Source: Trichoplax sp. H2 (lineage: Eukaryota). From it: a DNA stretch of 64,000 nucleotides. Where the stretch lies: positions 372,001 through 436,000 of the forward strand of contig NOWV01000011.1 of the NCBI GenBank assembly GCA_003344405.1, in the 5' to 3' direction. Position numbers and translations under genes: made by a program. This document shows positions 24,472 through 38,748 of the stretch, piece after piece. Within the stretch, counting starts at the first letter, position 1; the number at the start of each line of letters is the position of its first letter. The notes under the pieces were generated by a model. That model did no database searches and was not told the DNA's origin. It saw only the letters and a list, made by a program, of their open reading frames with translations.

Positions 24472-27400
24472 ACACTTATTGTACTCTAACTCTAAATAAA
24501 TGCAATAAAATTGTTTTTCCTAACTACATTAAATCTTTACGCGATAAAACACTATCATCTACGCTCTCAAACATTTAGAGAAGCTTGTAAATTTTAAATC
24601 ATTTTCATAATATAGTAATCGAAGATAAATCTATTATTCTAAATACTGTAAGCTTTATCAATGATCATCTGTAATATCTAAGCTAGTAAAAATGTCGCGA
24701 CTAATTTATTAGAGTAAAGATGATATAGAATTCAAGACAAAAAAAGTATGAATTGAATTGGAATATGTATGTATGTATTTATACGTATCTGTTATAAATA
24801 GATACTAAGAAAGCAGTCTCGATAATTGCTGTTGTAATTATAATATAAAAATGCTAGTTCTTTTATGAATATAGGAAATATATGTAAAAATGTGAATATG
24901 ATCCGAAAATTGAAGAGCTATAGGATAGTATTCATTTTTAGAGACATGTTACTTTAGCGATAGACTTTTACTTTAAAGAAAATAGTATATCTGGATAATT
25001 TATTTAGATCAATGAAATCATATTTAACAACAAACTTAGAGTGGATAAAGGGAAGTAAAGTAAGGAAAAAAATTGTTTAAGTTATCCTGTCATATGAAAG
25101 GGATCTTGTTCAAAGTAAAAGAATGAATAAATCAAATGAATGAACTCGATAAAAAAAATTTCAATAATAATAAATGATGACACTGGATATATTGTGTAGC
25201 TGAAGGATTAAAATGGCAGCTTAAGCATACAATTACCGTTTACCATGAATGACATTAATAATTTTCTTCTATTTGAATCGGAAGTTGACTAACAACTTTC
25301 AACCTTAACATGAATGTTAAATGCAGGCCACAAGGCGCAATATTGACTATAATTGTTAAGATCTATGCATAAAATACAATGGATATTAAACTCAATATCC
25401 AACATTATACTACGCTTATGTAAAATAAATAATTTTAAATTATCTAAAAGGAACTGGTCTCAATTTTTTGTCTCGCATAGTTGTTAGTTTGTTGTTAAAT
25501 GATTAACTAGTACGGTACGCGTCCAAATTATAAGTATATTAAACTAGTAATGGAAAGAAATATTAGGAAAGTATCACCGTTTTATAAACAACTTAATGTG
25601 CAACGTAGAAATTGATAAAGGCGTGACAAATATTAACACGATGCTTTAGAGCAATTTTGACGCCTTAAATTGAATTTTAAGCTAGCATTCCTTCAAATGA
25701 AACTGAACTTTCCAGCAGACAAATTATTATCCCAGGCGGGTGTCACAAAACGGCTTTGCAACAAGATAACGCAATATACGATCAATAAGTCAATTCCTTG
25801 ACCCACGTATCAAGGAACAATATCTGCACTATCACGAACACTTTTGCTCTACTAGCAGACTACACAAAGACCTAAACGCCTCGTATTTTACGTTAAACAC
25901 TAAGTTGGAGAATTCACTTTATTTCACGATATACTGTATTTATATACTACTCCTCAATAGTTCATGAGTCATAGTTAATACAATTAACATTGGAATCATT
26001 TACTGAATTAGATATTAATTTTAGCTACTGCTCCCTTAATGCAGACAACAGTATTTACGAACATAGACATGTAATGACTAATACAGAATAGTCAGATTAC
26101 GATATTTCCTATCACGGAACATTTCCATGATAATTTACAGTCTACCAAAGTAAATTACAATCACAATGATTCGAATTGTAAGTAGATGATTTGCATTCAT
26201 TATTATAACTATTAATTTCAGTATGTGTATAAGTGTTACTGTCATAAAAAGTTAGTGCTATATTAAAACACAGTATATCCAAATTAGAAGTTAACTAAAT
26301 AAGGATAGGCTAACAGAATTATCCTAACATAGTTATTTCTACTGTAATACAGTATTTAACACTGTAACAGCGGGTAAAGAGGATTAATCAACTTGAATCG
26401 AAAACTTTTAGTTTTGTCCTGAAGCAAGAAATTGCTATTTTCGTTATATGAAAGGATTATTAATTATATTTGTAGTTAAAGAAAAGGGGCCGGGCAGGAA
26501 ACCTATTATAAGAAATAGTTCTATATCGATGTTGGGTCAGTGTAACTAGAAAAAAAGAAATTCAACGCTCATCTTTTACACTATAGAAATAGGAGGGAAG
26601 GTAAAATCTCTTTACGCTTGTTATTTGTCTTTTGTACAATTTTGGCAATGCCCAATCTAAATAATGTATTATTTATTTCTGGGGTAAAAAATTAGGACAT
26701 GAAGAGGAGTTACGTAAATCTTGTATTAATTTCCGCGAAAGTTTAAAATTTTGTATTCTTTAATCCTTAAAATTAGGCTTACCTAGCACTCCTTAGGCTA
26801 ATGTTATCGTTATAAATACATATGTTAGTTATGCTGATTTTATAATTATAAACCGAAGTTATACCAATAATGTTAGCCTTGCAGTAAATGGAATAAGCGC
26901 AAAGTTATTAATTTTAATAAAGTAGAAGGAGTTTTAGATTAGATTAGATTATTTTGGATATTCTAGAAAGAAGACAATACCACTCCTATAGATGTGCAAT
27001 GTACATTAGTATCGAGAAAATATATTCGCTATTTAATTTTATTTTATTTAAACAAGTTATAATTCAGTAGTATTCTATACTACGACACATCATACGTGCT
27101 GTATAGAGTATACCAGTGATTGTGAACAAAGTATATAAAATACAGCGATTTTGATATTTTAAACGCTGGTCTTACCTCTCTATTGCAACTCTGTTGTGTT
27201 GCTCTAATTTATTGACAATTTCGACGATTTAAATAAACATATAAACATAAGTCAGTAAAATAAATTTCTAAACTTATAAATATAACTATAGATATTTTTA
27301 TTATTCAGTATTTGTATTTGCATGTCGCGTTCTTTCAACTCTTAAAATATCACTTATCATTGCATTGATCAAGAAGTCTGTCTTGTATACTTTACCGATA

Positions 27401-30400
27401 TATATGATTATTATGTTACTGAGCCGGCAAGGTTGAAGAGCTAATTGTAGTTGTAGGTAACGTTCTAACTATTTTAATGTATGGGAGATATTGATAGGTA
27501 ATCGGAGGGTAAATGAATTATAAAAATGATTATATATAGTCTCATAATGAATGAAATAACCGAAATTATATTAGTTGTCTGTTGCTCTATGGTGTTCTTT
27601 TTCAAATATATATTATACACAAATATATTAAATAATCTAATGATGTCATAAAGATACTCAAACTGGGGTATTCATAAGGCTTTATACCAAAATTGATGTT
27701 TCTTTGAATGATTTGTTATTTTGATACACTTTAGAATAAAGCTATTGCATTATTTGCAATATTTTGCATCTTTAAGAGTCAATTAATTTAATTGCAGAAC
27801 TGAGGACAGATCTTTGTGGATTTAGCGCGTATTCTACTTTGATTTTCATCACATTATTTATTAAAAACTCGGATAGTAAAGAATAAATATTATGCATGAC
27901 CAAAAGAAGCATTACGAACAGAACATTACCGTAGGTATCGAAAAAGCTTACATCCGCTTCAAGGAATATTACGTCAAAGTAAAATACGCCAAAGTCTGAT
28001 ATTAAATTAATCAAATAGTATCTATAACATAAATAGGGTCGTGAAGAAAATACGAATTAAGAATCAAAAGTACTGTCATAAGTTTTACTTAACAGGACTC
28101 TATTCCTTCTTTCCAGACCAGCCACAAAGATAATAATATTGACGCTCTTACTCAACCTTCTAACTAATAGTGCTACAGTAATCGCAATATTCGCACGAGA
28201 GTAACTTAATACATAATGCAGCGATTAAGATGAAAGGTATTGATAGCTAGTAAATACTTGCTGGCTAATAACTAAAAAGGTATGTTTAATACTATCACAA
28301 ATTGTCTTCCTGATCCACTAAACTAGACTATTAGATTACTTATTCGCTCCACTACTACTGGAGATCTAACGTGTAATAGTATTAGACTACTAAATTGGCA
28401 CACAAGAATAAGGCTGTTCTATTAGGCTAGTATAGTTATTTATTAGAATAGTGACCAATACCGTTCAGTTCCCTATCTACCAACCAACCCTCGGACTGAG
28501 CATTCGCTCGCCCTTTTATACCCTTCCACAGGATTTGTGGTGCACACTTAACAATTTTCTTATACAAGATTTACTTGATTTCTAAATTGTAAGATAAGTC
28601 TCCATTATGATATTTACAGCTTTCTACAATACCGAACACGAAATGTATATTATTGCACTCTATTGATATTATTATTAGCTGAAGGTTATTTTAAACCGTA
28701 CAATCCGGTATTATAGCTAAGTTGTCTCTATTTTCTCTTGAATCTTAATTGACAATATATTAAATTAAGTAGCAATATTTAGTACGTATTAATTACGTAT
28801 CACATGAACACGAATATAGAAAATGGCGCTAAACTTTATATCTATACGTTACTAAAAGTCCAAGATTGTTTGCGTGCTTGCTTATCACGAACAGTGGCTA
28901 TTCAACGTAATAGCAGGATTTTTGCCTAACTATAGACTTTCAATGATATCTGGTATTCATAGCTTTGCTTTTGCATTTCATTATAATCACGGTACTGGTC
29001 TTCTTATACTAATTCCATAGCAATCAGCATTATAATATTACACTCATCAACGTTGAAAGCTGACAGGTATATTAGACAGAATTAGGCGGTATTGGGATAT
29101 GGGTTTTTACCAATACTTTAGCTTCAATTTTTCCGACTCTCTTCAATCTATTTTGCTGTTTAACGTGCTATTAATAAGTCTTGAATATACGAAATTTTAT
29201 TACAAATTTTTATTTCATATTATACCAAATCTCTTATAGACACTGAAGAGAACAATTCATAAGCGTTGGCTATTAACTCTGTGGCTCTAAAATTTGTGAT
29301 TTGTAAATGCAAGACTCGTAAGAATATTAAAAATTCATTTATGAGAAATATAGAATAACTAGGTAAGCTTTCGCGAGCTATCGGTGCTATAAACTGATTG
29401 CAGTACATCAAAACAATCAGATTGACATTTGTGTTCTATATAGCAAAGTAGAAAGCGCTGTTAATTTATGCAAATTGAGATCTTTTACAGAGAATTTATT
29501 TTATTAAACGAGATGCACCTGTAATGCCTCTTATTATTCGTACATATATTATAAAGATATAAAATTTTCTTTATATATTAATAATTTAATATCTTAACTA
29601 CGAAGATAAAGACCATACAAGCAAATATAATTGTCTATCAATACAGGTATGTAGCAGAGGGTACAGTAAGCTGTTCAGGGTGATATACTACCTTGTTTTA
29701 GATTTTTATCTTAATTTACTTTATGAGGCTATAATTACTCAAGGAATTGCGATTATATTAAGGCTAAAAATATGTATCATACATTAATAATTATAAGAAT
29801 TACTATCCATTACTGTGTTGATCCCAAGTTAATTGGTGCTAAAATGTTGTAGCAAGCGTATAGTACTCTTATTTGCTATCAGAAGATATGTGCTTAGCTG
29901 AATTTTTACAATTGACTCATGTTTTCGTCACTTATATAATAATGGCAGAGAAAAATAACTGATAGACTATATCTAAACTGATATATACTAATTATAGCGG
30001 AAGATTTTTTCCAAGAAACATAAATATTTAAGGAATGCACAGAAAATTATTGCAAATACTCATTTAATATCGCTACAGCAATACAGTAAGTGTGAATAGC
30101 AAATATAAGTAGAAATAGGTTATATTAAGTTTAAACCTTTATAATGAATTGGCTATTCCCTTGAATGGCAATACTAAAGCAGAGTACCTTCCTTATAATA
30201 TTTGTAAAAGGGAAACGTTATTACAACCAATGCAACTTTACATGTTGCATATTGCCTAGTAGAATTTTACTCCTAATACTTTGCGCAAATCAGAATATGA
30301 GCTTGATTACTAGATTGACGTGCAGAATAAACTTTATTAGGTGTCATCGCGATGAAAACTTAACGAATAAGCTGAGAAACTTAATGAACAACATTTCCGT

Positions 30401-31089
30401 TAATAAGCTCGTGATGCAAAATTTTATTTACCTAGGCTATTACAGCATTTATGGTACTCCAATATAAAGATAGGGATTTCTATAGTGTTTACTTCTAAAT
30501 ACGGTATAGTCTATTAGTAAAAGTTAATTTCCACTAGACTGCAGCTTAACTCCTTATTTGTATAGTCTATAACAAATTACAATCCATACTATAGAAATCT
30601 AATTATACTCTAGTTTGATTGTATGGTAGAACTATCCTAATATAGATGTAAGATATTTTCATTAGTCATTTATGTTTTAAAAATAATTTCCTCTTGCTGT
30701 GCTTCTTACATTATAAAAGCTATCTTCACACGTCCATCTCGTTAGTTAGTTTTATCAGCATACGGTAAGTTTGCTCAATCTACCTACTCGATTAGTCACA
30801 CCGTATTCATGCTGTAACAGACAGGATCATTCTCCTCACATTAGCTCAAATAAAGACTACTATTTCACTAGTCATTCTCATGTAACTTAATTGTGATAGT
30901 GAAGGACACTCGATCTTTCGAAACATAATAGTTTCAGTCATCACAATTTGTTATTCAGCTAGAGTGCTATACAGACAGGTATTGACTATTAATAATTTAT
31001 CTATTTAAGGGTACTGTTAATATAGAGTGTAGCACCTCGATAATAGATATGCAAGCATTAATTAGTAACATTTAGTTGTTATATTGGAA

Positions 31090-31585
31090 GTATCGATAGC
31101 TAATAACTTGACTATTAAGAATACGGTTACTGTAAGGTAACATTAATCGTATTTGCCTCATTGGCTAATTCTTTGTCGTAAGTAGCAGTTCTAACAAGGT
31201 CATTTAGCATAGCAATTGAAAAAGTAGAAAGAATTCGTTTATATTCGGTTGTTTTGCAGGTATCGATAGCTGATAACTTGACTGTTAAAAGACTATACGG
31301 TATCATTAATCTCATTTGTCTCGTTGGCTGATTTTTGCCATAAATAGCAGTACTAACAAGATCATGTACCATATTTATTAAATGAGCAGAAACAATTCGT
31401 TTATATTGGGTTGTTGTTATACTGCAGACATCGATGGCTGATAACTTGAATATTTAAGAAATCAGTTACTATAAGGCATAATAAATCTTATTTGTCTCTT
31501 CAGCTGATGTTTTTGTCATAAATAGCAGTATTAAAAAGATAATATATCACAGCAATGGAATAGGTAGAAAGAATCTATTTACTTG
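31090..31585. repeat. Three diverged ~170-bp tandem repeats
   Basis: Units start at ~31090, ~31260 and ~31428. Each begins (gt/ac)atcgatrgctrataacttga and shares taartagcagt, ayaarrt and agaaasaat blocks. Confidence 0.85.
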
Positions 31586-33706
31586 TTAGTATAGCCAGTT
31601 TTGGCAATTTTGCAGGAGGTTAGTGAATCCAACGAACAAGCAGCGGTAGCATTTTGCATAGCACACGATTGTGCATTGATTCAATGTTACAGCATTTTTT
31701 TATTTACTTGAAACAAAATAGAATCTAATTTTATGAAAGTCAGCGGTTGTGAAATCCGTAGTACTAGTTGCTAAGTGTATGTATTTACAGACACATTTAA
31801 TCCACGGAGATGTTTTTCTGATGAGCCAGTAGTAAGTCTTCACTTTTTCCATGTAGCAATGCTTCTTTGCTAATCATAAGAAATACCTTCTCGATATAAA
31901 CTAAGATTTAGCGACGAAGAACTTAAAACTGCTAAAAGGAAATGAACATCCTGATCCCACTGTCAGGCTAGTATGGTAATCTCTGACGTCTCCCTATAGT
32001 GCGACTCTAAATCTTAACACTCTCATCGTCAGGTGATCATAGTAAACTATGTGCCTCTCCTCAGAAAAGACTATAAAACTCAACTTTTATTGCAAAATCA
32101 AATAATTTAAAGCGAATTTAAATAAACACTGATTAATTATCAGGACTCAAAATAATATTTTAAAAGTATGAAACTAATTATCGATTAAAAATAATGAATA
32201 CTAGGTAATGGTATTATTAGCAAATACCAAGCTATATTTTCTATCAAAGCAAGACATGAATTTGTCTAAGAGAAAAGTTCACGTCACGATGTTGAAGACC
32301 ACCGTCAAATATAAATGCGTTGCATTGATGGTTCCACAGTTGATAGCTTGCCGTTAGGTTATAGATTGTAAAACTAACTAATTTTCCAGCATTCTAATTA
32401 TGACTTACTCGTATTTTATGCGTGCTCTAACATATTTTAAAATAGAGTATAAATTGATACAAATTTAAGTCTAAGAATGTCTAACAGCAATGTCGTTCAT
32501 TAGTTCTGTATTTCCATATATATAAGATATATACTCTATAGCTACTCGCACATACGCGTATAGATGGAAGATATGAAAGCGAGTTGCTTTTTACAATAAA
32601 AAGAGTTTATTATTTTATCGTTTAAGCGCAAGGGGAAGATCTATATCGTTTCTGCTGTGAAATTTGAGGAAAAAGTGCATCGTTGTCACAGGGAATTAAT
32701 CTTGGTAAGTAGTTGCAGATAGGAAAGATTCATAAAGTATCTCTGCTGCGTCTTTGTCACGAGAATATATGTGCGTATTGGTGGCAGTTACTTCGTGATA
32801 CTTCTTTTAAGATTTACGGTTTAAGAGAAAGGTATGCTCCATAGCAACTTAGCAGAAGTCTTATCGCCACCATGACGTACATCTTTGATATGATAGGACT
32901 AGTAAATGCACTAATACGGCATTTTTCTGAATAAGTTTATTTTGAAAAGTAAAAATTCTCACATTATGATTCACACACTAAGTACTCCTATATCCGTTAT
33001 TAATGAAATCACTACGGCTAGTCGTACACGTATAATGAAGCTGGCCTTTCTTAGGAAAGAAAGGATTTAGCACAGTAATAAGGTTCCCTTAATTATTTAT
33101 GTCTATGATATTACACGACAGAGGGCCAATTGTACTCCGTCTTACAAATTACTATTGACTGAATAATATACAGTATCCGCGTAAAATACAGTACATTGCT
33201 CATAAACCCAGGAGGATAGAATCAAACATTACATTTAATAGTAAGTAACAATGAAATACGCAAAGTAGAACGAGCGGGACATAAATTAGTGTTAAGAAGA
33301 GGCAGATTTATACAGTCAGACTACAGCAAGTATGCATAACAAGGAATAAAGATATGCTTGATCATTTCCTTATTGTACAAGATACTAAACGGTATTCTGC
33401 CTTTCCGTACAATAAAACTAATAAAAGTAGTTTTGATTCTATACGAGGAAGTTAATCGTATCTGTTGAATCCGTTGGTAAGCGTAAGTTTGCGACGATAG
33501 TGTAGGGTATAGGAAGTAAAGATGATAAAACTTTTTACTATTACGTGTCATATGTAATATATCAAAGCGTTATGTTTGGGTGTACTTTTACTTGCTATTG
33601 CTTAAATTTAAGCTCAAGTAATATTTTTAATATAACAGTGAATATCGTATCTAAAATCAATTGATAGTAATTTGTTGTGTTTGCATAGTATATCGAAACA
33701 CGAACG

Positions 33707-34147
33707 TTTACTTTTAATTTGATTTCAAGATCGTTTTGATGGTGATTTAGTGCGATGAAACTGAGTTGAAAGGAAAAATCTTTTAATATATTGCGTATCA
33801 TTAATTACGCATGGGAATTAATTATTCATAGCTTACAAGGTATAGTTAACTATAAAAGTAATTATTTTTTTTATGAAAGCGAAATACTTCTCTTATTGAT
33901 AAGTTTTAAGTATAAATAGGCTTTTAATGAAACTATTTCTTCGAAATTTACTTTAACTTAATATCAAGATCAATTTAAATGATAATTTAATACGATGAAG
34001 CTGAATTGAAAGGTAAAAACCTTTAGTGAAGTGTATAGCGCATTTTTATGCTTCGAAATTAATTATTTATAGCCTACGAGAGGTAGTTGACTGTAAAAAT
34101 GATCGTTTTATTTTGCGAGAAGGAAATGCTTTCCCTATCGATAAGTT
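33707..34147. repeat. Diverged tandem duplication, period ~240 bp
   Basis: tttacttt..tcaagatc..cgatgaarctgarttgaaagg.aaaa..aattaattatt.atagc.tac..agtt.act.taaaa..gataagtt occurs at ~33707-33905 and ~33947-34147. Confidence 0.85.
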
Positions 34148-37100
34148 CATCGTAGCAATTGATTAAGGATTATATACTTGTATACAAATATTCTCTAGTT
34201 TAAATTAGCTTTCAGTGGAAATAGTCACTACAGTTCGGTTCTCTTAGAGGATACGGAACCCATACTGTACGCTTAATAGGCTTATTACCAACGTATATGC
34301 TATCATACTACATTTTTGAGATGTAAATGAGAAGAGTTGACCATATCCGAAATTTGGCAGTTATGAGACGAACCTAATCTTTCGTAATAAAGTGAAGTTT
34401 GTAAGAAATTGTAGTTCTTGTTGTATTTTAGAGAAGACACTTTATCATATAACTGTAGTACATATAACATAACAAAGAAATTATAGGGCAATTAATTAAA
34501 TAAGATAAATTTGAAAATGCTGAAGGAGAATAAAATCAACAAATTAGCGTTTATAATAAATTCTTTAGGTCTTAAAGTTTCTACTGGCTCAGCTTGTACT
34601 CAATCATTGTGTTCAGCGGATAATCTTAGTGCAATACGATGGAAAGAAATCTAAAATTTTAACGTCATTTCTTGAATATAGCTTTCAGGATGATTTGAAA
34701 GCATTACAGTCAGTAGAAGAATATGATCTTCACTAGCCTTCCATGAACATTATACATCGCAAGGTAAATCGATTAATACACCTTTGAATTGTAGAACGGC
34801 TTGAATGTAACCGTTGTTTTGTTCAATTTATAAGACAAATGTTATTTGCCTTGCGGGCATAAATTGATTGACTGATCAGTAGCACACGTGTATAAATGTT
34901 GCCTATTCGTGAAGTTATCATGGAAAGTCAACAATAGTCAAGAGTGGGTAAATAAGTTGAATTGTTTTATAGAAATTAATATTGTTTGTAAGTTGAGTGG
35001 CTGGATTTTGCATAGAATCGATGTAAGTCGATTCCCATTTCTCTTTATTACGTAAAAAATATTAGTCACAGCGACTAATTAAATCTAGCAGATAATACAA
35101 TAACAAGTCGGAATCTAGGATTGCTTTTATAATTTACAGCAGTGATTAATAGACTTGAGTGGATAAGAATAACACGTTAATTTATCGAATAATTTCGTTA
35201 TCGTTATTGATCTAATCATTCATGATCATATAGTTTCAATAAGACTAGTCGCTTATCGCATAAGGTAAATTGGATTGACGTCGTCAAATGATTCGACTTT
35301 CAATAGCACTATCTACATTAAAATTAGTAATCTTTTAGTGCATGGAGAAGGAAATAATTAACATCATAGCAGATGGATGTCTGCGTATAGGATTGTTTTT
35401 ACGATCGCATTGTTGTCTACAATTGACCGGTTAAGAAAACAGCTTGAATGACTTTAGTTACATCTGATCAACTGTTTTTCTATAGAGGAAATGATGCCGA
35501 AAGTCTACCAAAACTTGTTTGATGTCCTAAGTTGAGTTAAAAATAGAAAGGAAGGAAGTCGTCATAAACGTCTAGCAATTGATTATCAACAGGACCTTCA
35601 TTATCGTAGATATCATAGATTCAACGAAAGATCATGAAGATGAAGACTTTAATTTATGCGTTATTAGCTTATCCATTCTTTTCTTCCACTATTAAATTTT
35701 AATAATAGCAATTTCAAAATTGAATTTGAAATGGTAAAGGTCTAAGAGGTTGTAAAACAGATAGTTTTGTATTACTTTTTTTAGTTTATGGCTTCTTTTC
35801 TTCATTGATTGAATGACAACGAGAATTAAATTAAATTTAATTTTATCCTACATAAGAGAATTTAATCATGTTAGTTATTTTAATCAATTTAATAATATTT
35901 CAATATGATAGCAATCATTTATTTAATCAGTGATGATAGGATTTAATTAGCGTCGAGGTGTTAGAAGTGACAGCGAATAGGTAAAAGAAATAAGATTGCC
36001 AAGTGACAAATTAAATAGTCAACTTTCAGACTCCTGCCGTATACACGTCGTTAATAGATCATAATGAGCACATTTAATAGTTATGGCAATGGTATTGATG
36101 AACTAATTATCAAGTTCGTTGTTTAAACAGCTACTATTGAGTTTTGCATGTAAACGCACCATTATTATCGACCCGGAAAAAATTGCGCAGGTTTTTAACA
36201 GTCACTTGGTCAATAATAAATAAGCAAATTATTTAAATAACCTAGTCGATTATCAAGTTGAAATATGTATATACAATTTTGAGTAATTATATCAGAAATT
36301 GATTATTTTAATTTATTTATATTGATCAAAATTGCCCTTTAGTTATCGCAATGGGTTAAGATAGCACACAGTGCAGTACGATGTATCTCCTGGTGGATAG
36401 TTAGTCTTTAAGAGCTACATTGATCCATTTACGCTCAGTTAATACTGTAGAATTCTAGCATTGTTATGGTATAATGGATAATTATAATTATGGGGTCAAT
36501 TTAAGATGATGTATTAACAATTTGCAACAGAAGGCGCTATAGTAATTAAAGCGGATCAGGAACGGGATAGAGTATCTCATTAATAATACTGCATTATTCA
36601 GAACACTAAATTTCCTCCTATAGACGTGAGAGGAAGTGGATGAAATCTGTTCTTTTATTTACTATTTCATTCAATCCCATCTGTCAGTAATTGAAATAAT
36701 AAAATGTTATTGATATCTTAAACAATTACAATATAGATTGATCATTAGAAAAGAGACAGACAAAGGTGAAATGAAAAATCGCTTAGTTGCCTTTTGAAGA
36801 TCAATTGTAAGTTTTAAATAGAGAATCAGTCTTTACTGCATCGAGAGATTAAATTAAGAGCAAACATTGATAATTGGAATCATTAAATCATCCGTGATTA
36901 CGATGTAATTATAATTATTACTAATTAATAAGCATAGTATAAAACAGGAATAAATCCTTTCTAATTAAAATCCGTACCGACATTAGTGTTATTACAAATT
37001 ATTGTTCTAGGAAATAGTTTGGTATTTTTTTTACCTCAGAAGAGAATTTATTCCATGATTATTAGATAATGTATCCATGAACTAGACTTAATTTAGGACT

Positions 37101-38516
37101 ATATTTTTTCTCATCACATCTTGACGATTTAAATAAAAGAATCATTGAAAACCAATCAAAATTCATCCTCACTTTTAGTATTTCGTGAATATCCGAATAA
37201 ATAATGACATAGAAAGTCAGCCTTTCGAAAACGACCTGCTTACAATAATTGAAAGGCAATTGAATAAATATCCTGGCTACTTGTTATCTTCAGGATATTG
37301 TCAGTTTAAAAAAATAATTATGATGAATAATCATGATGAAATAACGCAAATTGAACTTACTAATATGTACAGATATTGTTGTAAATTAAAATAACAAGGT
37401 AGGCTAGTTCTATTTAGCACAATAATGTCTGACTAACTGAATTAAATGCTACAATATAATCACATATAATGTATTTCCAAAATACAAATATAGCCGTATG
37501 AGTATCTAGGCCATAAATTAGCTATTTCTTATAATGTATATAAAAATTGGTTGATCCGATTTGTAGTTTTACTTTCATCCTAGAGGTTAACAATAAAACT
37601 TTGTGTTTGTTCGAAATCTCATAACTACTACTTCAGTCTAAAAAAATATATTATTTCTGATTCTTGCTAACATAGTATTGTTTGAATTAAAATTAGCTTG
37701 ATGATAACGATTACGTTATAAAAAGATTGACCTATCGGCTTATACTGATTTAATTTTTAATTGCAATATTCAATTTGTTCTACTGTATTACTTTCCTTGT
37801 ATGTAATTGTATCTCATGCAAATAAACATTAACTTCAGTCTGCCAATTTTAATTCCGTACAATATAAACGGTTTACGTCTTTCAATGGTGTAACTGTCAT
37901 AACTTTTTCTCCTTGCAAGCATCATAAGATGTGAATTTTTTAAATTAAAAAATAAACATAAATTAATTTATTTATTAACTAAAAAAGCTTTAAGCAGAGC
38001 ATCAAGATGTCTAATTTATAACGATAACGATCATTTAATTATTAAATCAATTTTTTGTGGCCAACAATAATCCAAATTTCCTTTTTAATTGTATCGATGA
38101 AATTGAATCGAGACAGAATCCCATGCTAATAAATGAACTATGATATTAATTAACGGATTACAATTAATTTTACCCTCATTTAATTATGATATTAGTTATC
38201 ATGATGACGTTAATCTATAGTGCAGAATATATTGGATATTATTTTAATATTTCTTAGTTAAAAACTGGTATAAGTATCTATATTATTCTACTAACAAGGT
38301 TAGTAGGTAAAATAGCTATTCATTATAGATAAAAGTAAACATTCGTTTTCTTTACTGTATGCTTGATATAATTAGCGTAGAAATTTTATAAAAATTTGTC
38401 TTTTAAATAAAATAGCAGACTATGATTACGAATAATGCTGTGATATTTTCATCAATTGTACAGTATTTGTGCTATATAAATCTGCTATGATGGACGTTTA
38501 TTGAATTAAACAAGCT

Positions 38517-38748
38517 AAAAATTAATCGATTTTATTAGTCAAAGGTAGATAGTTAAGCTTTTATTTGTAAATGTAATATTTATGTCTCTGTATTGATCTG
38601 CTAATATAGAGCTTGACGTCCATTGAATCAGGTAAGTGGAAAAATAATCGATTTTATTAGTAAAAGGTAGAAATATGTATTATTGACGTAGAGCAATAGG
38701 TGAAGTTAAAGGTAGACAGCTAAGCTTTTATTTGTAAATCTAATATTG
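38517..38748. repeat. Short local duplication
   Basis: aaaa(t)taatcgattttattagtmaaaggtaga at ~38517 and ~38641; aaaggtagayagytaagcttttatttgtaaatstaatatt at ~38541 and ~38708. Confidence 0.8.
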
